Below are positions 39,001 through 51,402 of a DNA stretch of 64,000 nt, piece by piece; position 1 is the stretch's first letter, and the number at the start of each line of letters is the position of its first letter. The stretch covers positions 51,795,327 through 51,859,326 of the forward strand of contig NC_068984.1 in NCBI RefSeq assembly GCF_001194135.2, given 5' to 3'. The translations under genes and the position numbers were made by a program. The notes under the pieces are model-generated. The model did no database searches, was not told the DNA's origin, and was given only the letters and a program-made list of their open reading frames with translations. Source of the stretch: Octopus bimaculoides. Its lineage: Eukaryota.

Positions 39001-41586
39001 ATATTGGTTTCAAATTTTGGTGCAAGACTAGTAATTCCAGGGAACGGGTAAGTTAGTTACATCAACCCCAGCATTCAACTGGTACATATTTTATTGATTC
39101 CAAAAGGACAAAAGGTAAAGATGACATCGGCACAATTTGAACACAGAGCGTACAGACAAATAAAATGCTGTTAAGCATTTTGCCAGCATGCTAACCATTC
39201 TGCCAGCTTGCTGCCTTCTATGTTTGCAATAAATATTTAAAAAAGTAAAAAAAGGCAGCTTGATCAACAGACACAACTGAAACACCTTTCATTATACTTC
39301 TGCATGATCAGAGCTGATCTGTGGCATAAAAAAATCATTATTTTCTCTAGTTTAGTCATGAATGATTATTTTTCAGTTGCCTTTTATATTTTTAAACAGT
39401 TAGATGTAACCATGGGCTAACTTTGCTGGAATAGGAAAACTGACAATACAATGTAGTGATGATGATACTAGTGGTGGTAGTGATAGAGGTGGTAATGGTA
39501 GTGGTGGCGATTGTGACTGGTGGTAGTGGTGGTGGTGATGATAATGGTAGTAATCATCATTGTCATCGTTGTGGAGGTTATGATGGTGGTGTTGATAGTG
39601 TTAGTAGTTGTGGCAGCAGTGGTGATGATAATGATAGTGGTGGTCATTGTCATCATCGTCATGGTGGTGGTGGTAGAATCACTTGCTTTAAGTTTTGAGT
39701 TCAAATCCAGTTGAGATCACTTTTTACCATTCATCACTCTGAGATCAATAGAATAAAATACCAGTCAAATATTATGAGTTGCTGATTGACAGAATTGTTA
39801 AAGCATCTAACAAATGCTTTGCAGTATTTGGTTATGCTACTTTATATTCTGAGTTCAAATCCTACCAAGATAAACTGCTTTTTGGTAGGTGAGATTGAGA
39901 GTAATAAACTTAATCCCATCTGCTTAAATTTGCACAGAAGCACTCATGTGTAAAGTGATTATATTTTTCAATATTATTAAATAAACATTTTAGATTCTTT
40001 AAAATTGTCAATTATTTCAAAAAGCAGAATTCCAGTTTAAGCACCACACATAACCACTCGTAACATTTTTATTTTGGGGGATTTTCAGAAGATATTTGCA
40101 AGTTTGTGTTCTATACACAGGAATTTATATGATTATGGAAAAAAATTTTTAAAGTTTTTGAATTGCCTCATCCTAAATCCTAAAAGTTCCACTATTTTTT
40201 GAATTTTTTTTTCAAAATCAGAGTTTGAACTATCGACAGACTAAATTTTTTGCTTAAATCTCAGCAATGCTCCCCTCTTGGGTGCATCATTATCCCATTA
40301 AATGTGTTTATGGGGAGAAAAATACTGAAAAACATGTCAGAGTGACAAAGTGATGAGGAAATTATCAGGTGGACTTGAAACATGCTAAAAATAACAGCTA
40401 AATCGCCCTTAAATCACACACACAAAAATAAATTTTTCCCCATAGTTGTATGAATTCTTGTGTGACAAATTTTGCAAAATTTTACTGAAAATTCCAAAAA
40501 TTAAAAAAATTATGAGGGGTTGATGGGGTGCTTAAACCAGAATTCCGCCATTTCAAAAACTTAATGAAATATCAACATATCTTTTATATGAATTATTTTA
40601 ATTTATATTCAAATACATTTAATTCATTTATTTTTATACATTTGGTTTCCAGATTCAAACAGAGAAAAATGGAAGTCAGTCTTTTATAGAAATATAACAA
40701 ATTGTTTATTAAAACCTAAGCAACCTAATCAAGTTATAAATGAAAGTTATACTTTGGTCCTTAAAGTAAGTAAAATGATTTTGCATTTTACAAGATAATT
40801 TTCCAAGCTAAATAAAAGATTACAATATTCTGAGATGGCATCCTTGTGATGAACATTAGGTAAATGAGTGTCAGCATACTTAATGCATAGAGCAGTAAAA
40901 AAACAAACCAGAATAGAAAAAATTTGTTGAGAAAGAATTGTAGATGATGTAAGTATAGGAGACAACTCTGGATGTATTTCTGGATTATTTTTACCTCATC
41001 AGTAAGTTTATTCACTACAGTAACTTGCTAAGAACAATCATGGATGTGTGGCTAAGAAATTCACATGTTCTTAAAACTATGTATTCATGAAGATAGTGTC
41101 TTAGCATAACCTTGGTCCAATAACAATCCAAAAACCAAGTTGTATAAAATCAACTTTAATTGATATTGTCTAAAGTTGACTAAAATTCATACCAAATTGT
41201 AATCTACTATTAATTGTAATCTACCTTTCATGTTCTTTGCAATTCCTTCATTTTGTTATTATAGCTACTGATAATTTCTCACTTTGATAGATCTTAATTT
41301 AAATATATGTGTTGAAAACATCACCACCATTGTTTTAAAGTCCATTTTTTCAAGTTTGTATGGGTCAGATGTAATTTACTGAGGCAGATTTGTACAGCTG
41401 GATTCCATCACCACACCTCACATGTTTCCAAGCAAGATAATATTTCCTCATGGCCAGACATGTCTTCATGGAAGATTGAAAATGAAGTACTGTGCTTTTA
41501 TGATGAGGATGCTAATTTATTATTACTATTGCATGTCAAGACAAGAAGACCCAAACACACACATGCACGCATGCTCACACACACAT

Positions 41587-41628
<42 letters not shown>

Positions 41629-43793
41629 TTTGGTTCTTAACTGCCAAATCCACTTAGAAGGCTTTGGTTGACCTGGGATTATACTAGAAGACACCCAAGG
41701 TGCCATAGAGTGGGACTGAACCTGAAAGTTTGGGAAGCAAATAGCTTAACCGCCCAGCCACATTTGCACCCCGCTTTTCCTAAATTAGAAATAACAAAGT
41801 ATTTTGATGTGATATATACAAATTGGCAACATCAATTTCATATCAATTTAAAATGACAGCATCAATTTAATCAATGAAAAAAACATTTTCATTTTTAGGG
41901 AAAAAATGGATCTATGGATATTTGGCATTTTCTTGTGGTTAAACCAGGTTCGTAATTTATTTTTATATGTTTATTTTTATTCCGACCACTCGTATTCTCA
42001 CAAGATTGTTGTCTCCAGACAAAAATAAATGCACATGTACACACACACACAAGCAAACACACAAAGAAGCATGTGTACACATATGTATAAACACAAATGG
42101 CACATACCAACACATATTATTATATACATTTTATGTTTTTCTTACTATGAACTTTACACTACTGTACAGCACTCCAATAACAATATACATTAATTCATAT
42201 GTGTTATATACAAAAAAAAAGAAAAGAAAATGAAGGCTCAGCTTGTCTAGTTTCAACACTTGTTGCTTATCCTCTCTCAGTGAATATTATTTCTTAATCC
42301 TTTATTATGATATCTTTGTATTAAATCAGAGAGATCAGTTTGCAAATATAACATATGCTTGGCAAAGTGTTTACGTTTATTTATTACATATACTGTTGTC
42401 TAAAATCTATGCTATGTTCTGATACAGGATACCATTTGAAGGAGGTGTCTCTGTTTCCTTATGATTACATAGGTATTTAACCCTTTAGCATTCAAACTGG
42501 CCATATCTGGCCCAAATATTCTATTTGTTTTATGTTCAAACTGGCCATATCCAGCCTCTCACACTAAGCAGACAATGTCATTCTAAAAATAAACAATTAT
42601 GTAATCGAAATCTCAAAGCTGCAATATAATGCAGGATTAATTCAAAGCAATGTGATCAAATATGCAATACATTTGACAGAGAAATCTGAATGCTAAAGAG
42701 TTAAAATAATTAGTGAATGCAAGCTACCAAGCCATAATTGTTTTGCAAGTCACAGCTGTTGTTTGATAGCAATATGATATTGAAACAAAGTACTCCTAAT
42801 GCACCAATAATTTACTAATCAACCTAGCTGCAAAGTATGTGTTATGTATGCAAATCGCTCTTTTTAATTTACTTAAGTCCTCAGTAATAGCAACCAGTGT
42901 CTCTAAGTGGTTAAAGTGGGTACTTGTTCATGAAAGAAATTCTAATATCAGTTTGATCTGTCTTTACCTCTTCATGAAGATGTTGTATTGCCTGTTATTT
43001 CAGCCACCTAATCAGAAATTATGAAACTATAAAAAAACTGAAAGTGTAAGACAGAAGAAGTGGAAGAGGTAGAATTGTTCACAGGCAGTTTTTTCATCTG
43101 GGACTTGAGACATAGTCATTTGGCATACATCATCATCATCATCATCATTATTCTAACAACTTTTCCACGTTTGCATGGGTTGGATGTAATTTTTGTTGAG
43201 CCTTTTTTACATAGGCGCAGGAGTGCCTGTGTGGTAAGTAGCTTGCTTACAAACCACATGGTTCCGGGTTCAGTCCCACTGCGTGGCACCTTGGGCAAGT
43301 GTCTTCTACTATAGCCTCGGGCTGACCAAAACCTTGTGAGTGGATTTGGTAGACGGAAACTGAAAGAAGCCTGTCGTATATAAATATATATATATGTATG
43401 TGTGTATATGTTGTGTATCTGTGTTTGTCCCCCACAACATCGCTTGACAACCAATGCTGGTGTGTTTAGGTCCCCGTAACTTAGCGGTTCGGCAATAAGA
43501 GTCCGATAGAATAAGTACTAGGCTTACAAAAGAATAAGTCCTGGGGTCGATTTGATTCGACTAAAGGCGGTGCCCCAGCATGGCCGCAGTCAAATGACTG
43601 AAACAAGTAAAGGAATAAAGTAAAGGAATGCCCTTCCTTTTGCCAATCCTCACTTGTTTTCCAAGTAAAGTAATATTTCCCTATGACCAGACATGTTTTT
43701 CATGGAAAATGGATGAAGACATCACTTGCATGACAATAACATTTGTTTATAACTATCACACAATGTCCAGGCAAGGAGACAGTAACCTACACA

Positions 43794-43851
<58 letters not shown>

Positions 43852-46800
43852 TGGTAGGCTTCTTTTAGTCTCCATCTATGAAATACACTCACAAGGCTTT
43901 GGTCAACATACAATGTTGACTAAAATTTATGGATACATTCTATTTTATAGTAAATAATTCATTTTAGCCTATTCTTTTAGTCTTTTGTTCTTTTACATGT
44001 TTCAGTCATTTGGCTGTGGCCATACTGGAGCACTACCTACAACGGTTTTAGTGAAAGGAATTGACCCCAGGACTTATTTTTTGTAAGCCTAGTACTTATT
44101 CTATCGGTCTCTTTTGCTGAACTGCTAAGTTATGGGGGATGTAAGCACACCAACATTGGTTATTAAGTAATGTGGTGGGGACAAGCACAAATACAAAGAC
44201 ACACACACACACACACATACACACGATGGGCTTCTTTCAGTTTCCATCTACCAAATCTTCTCACAAAGCTTTGGTCAGCCCAAGGTTATAGTAGAAGACA
44301 CTTGTCTAAAGTGCCACACAGTGGGACTGAACCCAGAATGATATGGTTGGGAAGCAAGCTTCTTAACACACAGCCATGCCTATAAATATAAATTATTTAA
44401 AGTACATGAAATTATCCTTACTCAATATATAAAGCAAATTAATCAGGCTTTATACTTAGTATTTCAGTCTATATTTTTCTCTTATGTAAATATAATTCCT
44501 TATTGTCAGTGTGCATCTTGCAACATAACACTGTACCATGGTGTATCACGTGGGAGCAACTGCTTACAGAGTCACTTGACTTGGTAGAAATAACAGGCAA
44601 ATTTTCTTTAAATAATATTAAACCATTTAAAAAACATGTATATGAAATTATGTTGGACTGTGGCTGTGTGGTAAGCAGTTTACTTCCCATCCATATTGTT
44701 CAGGGTTCAGTCCCACTGTATGACACCTTGGGCAAGTGTCATCTACTATAGTCTCTGGATTTGGTAGACAAAAACTGAAAGAAGCCTGTCATACCTATGT
44801 GTGTATATATATATATATATATATGGTGTGTGTATGTGCATTTGTGTTTGTCTCCCACCACTGCTTGAGAACTGGTGTTGGTGTGTTCACATCCCTGTAG
44901 CTTATAAGTTCAGCAAAAAAGACCTGTAGAATAAGTACCAAGCTTAAAAAGAAAACAAGTCCTGGGGTTGATTTGTTCTTCCAGATGGTGCTCCAAAATG
45001 GTTGTAATCTAATGAATGAAAGAAAAAAAGTATAAGAATAAAAGAATATAGAATTAAATATACAAGGCCTTCGAACATTAGGCCTCACTGAGGCAATGAC
45101 TAGTGGCCGAGACCTTTGGAAATATGCAGTGTATGAGAAGAACCGGCAAGCCAAGTGAGACTATAATCTGTAGCCTCTGCCAGGGGTGTAGCCAGCCCAC
45201 TTATGCATATCTTTCCTTCATTGGACACTAAACTCCACTTGCGAAAACCTGTTGAGGCAAGTGAAATCGAAATCGAAATCGAACCAAATTCGACGACTGG
45301 CACCCATGCCAACCTCTCCTTCATTGGACACTAAACTCTGCTTGCGAAGACCTGTTGGGGCAAGTGAAATTGATATCATAATTGAACCAAACTCAATGAC
45401 TGGCACCTGTGCCAGTGGAGCGCTAACAGCACCGTCCGAGTGTGATCATTGCCAGAGCAGCTATCTGGCTTTTGGGCCAGTGGCACATAAATAGGACCAT
45501 TTGAGTGTTATTGTTACCAGCGTCGCCCTACTGGCACTTGTGCCAGTGGCACATGAAAAACATTTGAGCGAGGTCATTGCCAATGCTGCTGGACTGGCTC
45601 CTGTGCAGGTGGTGTGTAAAAAACACCATTTTGAGCATGGCTGTTGCCAGTACTACCTGACTAGCCTTTGTGCCGGTGGCATGTAAAAGCACCCACTTCA
45701 CTCTCGGAATGGTTGGCGTTAGGAAGGGCATCCAGCTGTAGAAACTCTGCCAGATCAGATTGGAACCTGGTGCAGCCATCTGGTTCGCCAGTCCTCAGTC
45801 AAATCGTCCAACCCATGCTAGGATGGAAACTGAACGTTAAACGACGACGATGATGATGATGAAAAATAAAGATGAGATAGTTCTGGTGGGACTGCTTTTG
45901 ACTTTAGCTTACTGAACAGGAACTGGAGCTGTTCTGGAATATAATAGAAACAACTGTACCTATTTAATTGTTTTTTCTTTTACTAAGACATTAAAAAGTT
46001 TTGTGTTTCAATTTCTTCCAGGTTCTCCAGTTACCGAAAAGGTAAGATTTTACTGATTTTGTTCTTTTTTAACTTCCTGCTGTAACAGAATTCTGTGGTA
46101 AAATTAAATTGGCGATACTTAAGATATAGCATATCTAAGTTCAGTATTTTTGTTTTACATTATATTTCATCAAACTTATTGATTTTACATTAGTATGTCT
46201 ATTTATTTAATTCATTGTTTTTTGGGGTTTTTTTGTCCTAAATGGCTGCCAAAATATATTTGGAACTAAAATCAAATAGCAAATAAACACTCATTCACTC
46301 ACATACACGCACACACACACACATGCGTGTGCACACACACACACACACACACATATGCTCAAACACATGCATACACTACACCTAGACACACATACACACA
46401 ATGTATCGAGAAGAAAAAAGATCTGAGTGGTGAAAGTTTGTGCATGTCTCTTAGTGGCTGACAATACGTGCATCTTTGATGGTGAGCAGGAATAGTCGAG
46501 GAGCATCATAGCCATGTGTTGAGAGGGATTCTTTGGGGTTTGAATAAATGTAGCAAAAGCAAAGTTTGAAGAAATATTAGCCATTTTCCATAGTTTCTAG
46601 GAGTAAGAAAAAAGGAAATAATAGTTGCTACCCAAGGACAAAAATCATGTTACACAGTGTTATTCCTTAGCCATATAAACTGGCAAGGAGATACCCTTCC
46701 ATGCAAAATTGTTTTCCTTGAAATTCTACTCTTTCTCTGATTAATTTGTAAAGGCATGAAATTGTTTTAATCCTTTGGACAATAACTGATGAGGATCTAG

Positions 46801-47300
46801 TGACATTCAATGTGTGTATTTTCCATTCGTTCCATTTATTTGTACATATATAGGCGCAGGAGTGGCTGTGTGGTAAGTAGCTTGCTTACCAACCACATAG
46901 TTCCGGGTTCATTCCCACTACGTGGCACCTTGGGTAAGTGTCTTCTGCTATAGCCTCGGGCCGACCAAAGCCTTGTGAGTGGATTTGATAGACGGAAACT
47001 GAAAGAAGCCCGTCGTATATATGTATATATATGTATATATGTATGTGTGAGTGGTGTGTGTTTGTGTCTGTGTTTGTCCCCCCAACATCGCTTGACAACC
47101 GATGCTGGTGTGTTTACGTCCCCGTAACTTAGCAGTTCGGCAAAAGAGATCGATAGAATAAGTACTAGGCTTCCAAAGAATAAGTCCTGGGGTCGATTTG
47201 CTTGACTAAAAGGCAGTGCTCCAGCATGGCCGCAGTCAAATGACTGAAACAAGTAAAAGAGTAAAAGAGTAAAGAGTATATAATTTTTAAACGAGCACGT

Positions 47301-47336
<36 letters not shown>

Positions 47337-47871
47337 ACACATGTAAAATAATGTTTCAGTCTTTATTAATTTTATTTTATTGAACACTTTTGTTTTGTTT
47401 CTTAGACCACTACAATTTATAACAACCCAACTATGATGGAAAGGGATACCGCTGATAAGTTGCAAAATAGAACATCTAATTCAAAGGAGCATAAGCTTGT
47501 GAAGTTAATTGATACTGAAAACAATTTAATTGATATCATCATGGAAAACAAGGATAACATTCAAGTGAGTATATTAATTCAAACCCTGGAGAATTTAAGA
47601 TTTTAATGAAAATTTAGATTCATTCATCATCATCATCATCATCGTTTAACATCCGTTTTCCATGCTAGCATGGGCTGAACAGTTTGACCAGAGTCTGGGA
47701 AGCCAGGAGGCTGCACCAGGTTCCAGCTGGATGCCCTTCCTAACGCCAACTACTCCATGAGTGTAGTGGATGCTTTTTACGTGCCACCGGCACAGGGGCC
47801 AGAGGAGGCTGGCAACAGCCATGATCGGTAGGTGCTTTTTACATGCCACATACATACATATATATATGTAT

Positions 47872-47930
<59 letters not shown>

Positions 47931-47958
47931 NNNNNNNNNNNNNNNNNNNNNCATACAT

Positions 47959-48007
<49 letters not shown>

Positions 48008-48377
48008 GGTGCAGGCATGGTTGTGTGATAAAAAGTTTGCTTCCCAACCACATAATTTCTGGTTCAGTCTCACTGTGTGGCACCTTGGGCAAGTGTTTTC
48101 TACTATAGCCTCAGGCCAGCCAAAGCCTTGCGTACAGATTTGGTTGATGGAAACTGAAAGAAGCCCATTGTATATGTGTGTGTGTGTCTTTGTGTTTATG
48201 TTTGTCTACTCCACCACCTCTTTACAACTAGTGTTGGTGTGATTATGTGCCTGTAACTTAGGAGTTCAGCAAAAGAAATAATAGAATAAGTACTGGAGTT
48301 GATTCATTCAGCTAAAAATTGTTCAAGGTGGTGCCCCAGCATGGCTGCAGTCTAATGACTGAAACAAGTAAAAGATA

Positions 48378-48421
<44 letters not shown>

Positions 48422-50488
48422 TTATATATATATATATATACATACTGCTCTACTCTTCGAAACGCCTGTGTTAGAATGGAGGCAGCTGATGAAGGAGATG
48501 TTCTCTATGTGGCCTGTGTGTTTTCTGTACTCGTTTATCATTTTGTCTATGCTTTGTTTGCAATGTCCTGTACCCAGATAAGCATCTATATATACAGGTA
48601 GATGTAAGTACGTACATACATGTACATATATATGCATATACTCATTTATCATTTGTATTATATATATATATATATCTTATATCTGCTTTCCATGCTGGCA
48701 TGGGTTGGACAGTTTGACATGGAGCTGGTTTGCAGGGAGTTGTCCAGACTCCAATCCAACTGTCTGTTATGGCCTGGTTTCTATGGCTGGATGCTTTTCC
48801 TAATACCCACCACTTAACAGGGTGTGCTCGGTGTGTCATTGGTGAATGGTTCTATCATTTGAATATATAGAAATGAATTCCCTTAACCATAGCCATCTGA
48901 CTGTTGAAAATGAACTAGGAACATTTACCACGTCACATGTAATATGTTCACCAGACTATCAGATGTTGTTACACATCACTGGTCACAATGCACTTTTGCA
49001 TTGTTTTAGCTTTTGAATGATGCCACCCTGCTGACTAGGTGAGCAGGCCCTAATCGAAGGTGAACTGGAGCAATGTGAAATGAAGTGTTTTGCTCAAGAA
49101 CACAATGTGTCACCCAGTCAGGGAATCAAACCCACAATCTAGCAATTGTGAGTGTAACAGCCTAACCACTAGGCTACATGCCTTCGTGGGAACATATATA
49201 TAAGAAGGAAATAGCAACATATAACTAAAGGTTCAATATAGTCTTTATCAAACTTTTTGCAAATAAGGGTTATTTTAACTATTCAAAGCATAGTCTTCTT
49301 TCTTCCACAACTGCCTACCACTGGCAATTTAGTCACATAACTCAGCTTGAAGTAAATGTTATTGCCTTCATGCATTCATAGATCAGTCATAATAAACAAA
49401 ACTATGATGGAAGGCGTTCTAAAGGTAATAATCCTATCTTTTGTATATCAAGGATTACATTGTTCAATGCAACCTTTATTTAAAATGGTAAGAGACAATT
49501 TAGCTGCTAAATTCAGCAGGTTGAGCAACCATGTCTCAGGACCTAGGTGAACAAAATTGCCTATAAACAATTCTGTCTCTTCCACTTCGTCTGTCGTTCA
49601 GTTTTTTTACAGTTTCTTATCTTCAGATTAGGTGGCTGAAGTAACAAGCATAGTTCATCAATTGTGTTTAGGAATTGTGTGAGAGGGTCATAGAAGAGAA
49701 ATTGTTTTTTTTTTCAGCCACATGCATACATATCAACGCTTTATCATATATACATAGCAATTTATCTATCACATATACATATATACATATCAACACCTTC
49801 GTATCATTACGATGAGATTCTGGATTCACAAATTCACATGGAAAAATGTGAAAAATAAGAAAAATGTAGAACATCAAAATGTGAAATAAAAGTAAGCTGT
49901 ATTTGCTGATGAAAGTACAATATTTTTAAATGAAGTTTTTCTCTTATTAAGACCACTACTTAATTTGACTGAAATAGCTTAATTCTTTACATGTTCGTTA
50001 TTAGTTTTATCATGAAACTGCATATTTTATTTTTTAACATACCTTTGTAATCTTTCTCTTAATTTCTTTCTAGATTTTTGTAGATGTATTAAATAATATA
50101 ACAATGAAAAATTGTTGGACAAACTTGAACAATGAGGTAAAATTTTTTTCTTTATATTTGTATAACATTGATGTTTTTATTTTGGTTGTTGTTAATTAGC
50201 CTAATTGTTGTTATCATAATTATCATTTATGACATTAAAAGAAAAAAAAAAAAAGGAATAACCTCTCAAACAGAAATGCACTTCCGAAGTAGGTAGGCCA
50301 ACATCCCTTCTTAACAGGACACCAGGCCATTGCAGGGTTACCCATTTTCAGTTGAGTAGACTGAAGCCACATGAAATGAAATAACACAATGCACTGCTGG
50401 TCTGGGAATCAAAATTATGATCTTATGCTCATGAGTGCAACACACTAAGAACTAGGCCATGTATGTAGACATATATGTATGTATTTAT

Positions 50489-50524
<36 letters not shown>

Positions 50525-51370
50525 GTTGTTTAACGTCCGCTTTCCATGCTAGCATGGGTTGGACGATTTGACTGAGGACTGGTGGACCAGGAGGCGACAC
50601 CAGGCTCCAATCTGATTTGGCAGAGTTTCTACAGCTGGATGCCCTTCCTAACGCCAACCACTCCGCCGCCATTCGTACGCTCGTACGTATTTATATGTAT
50701 ATGCTTATATATATGTATGTGTATATTTAGGTGTGTGTGTCTTTGTGTTTGTCCCCACACCACGGCTTGAAAGTGGTTTTTGATTGTAACTTAGTGGTTT
50801 GAGAAGAAAAATTGACAGAATAATTATCAGGTTTAAAACCAAGTACTGGAGTCAATTTGTTCAAGTAAAACCCTCAAGTCCTATGTGAAACGAGGAAAAG
50901 ATAAAGATAGTATTAATTTTGATTTCTAGAATAGGCACATGGGCAGAAATTTAGAGGGAGGTGTTAGTTAATTATATCATGCTCAGAATGATTCTAGAAG
51001 GATAAAAGGCAAAACTGACCTTAGAAGAATTTGAACACCAAATATTAAGAGCTGTAACAGAATGCCAGAAAATATTTTTGTTTACTGCACTATCAAGTGT
51101 ACCAAGTCACATCTAAATAACAGCTTGTAAATATTGAGTTGAAACAACCATCTACTCTTTTACTTGTTTCAGTCGTAATACTGTGGCCATGCTGGAGCAC
51201 TGCCTTGAATTGACTCCAGGACTTATTTTTATAGTCTAGTACTTATTCTATCGGTTTCTTGCCAAACTGCTAAGTTACAGAGACATAAACACATCAACAC
51301 TGGTCATGAAGCAGTAATGGGGGGAACAAACAGACACAAAGACACACACACAGGTACACACACGCACGCG

Positions 51371-51402
<32 letters not shown>

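Noticed and set aside
40959-41001. Alternative phase 0-to-1 linking exon (ETTLDVFLDYFYLI)
   Set aside because: No polypyrimidine tract, and it overlaps a decayed hammerhead-like repeat on the minus strand; 41899-41947 fits better.
42428-42472. 45-nt phase 1-1 candidate exon (YHLKEVSLFPYDYI)
   Set aside because: Weak donor (gtattt) that runs into the TTAA site of a MITE; not required for frame. Unresolved without RNA data.
43004-43045. Apparent 42-nt exon (HLIRNYETIKKLKV) with good splice signals
   Set aside because: Open only in phase 2-2, which does not fit its neighbours, and about 42985-43110 is homologous to about 49535-49650 on the minus strand, so it belongs to a dispersed repeat.
48455-48505. 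GAAA...CTGATGA hammerhead-like arrangement
   Set aside because: Helices I and III and the NUH site cannot be formed in a canonical topology.
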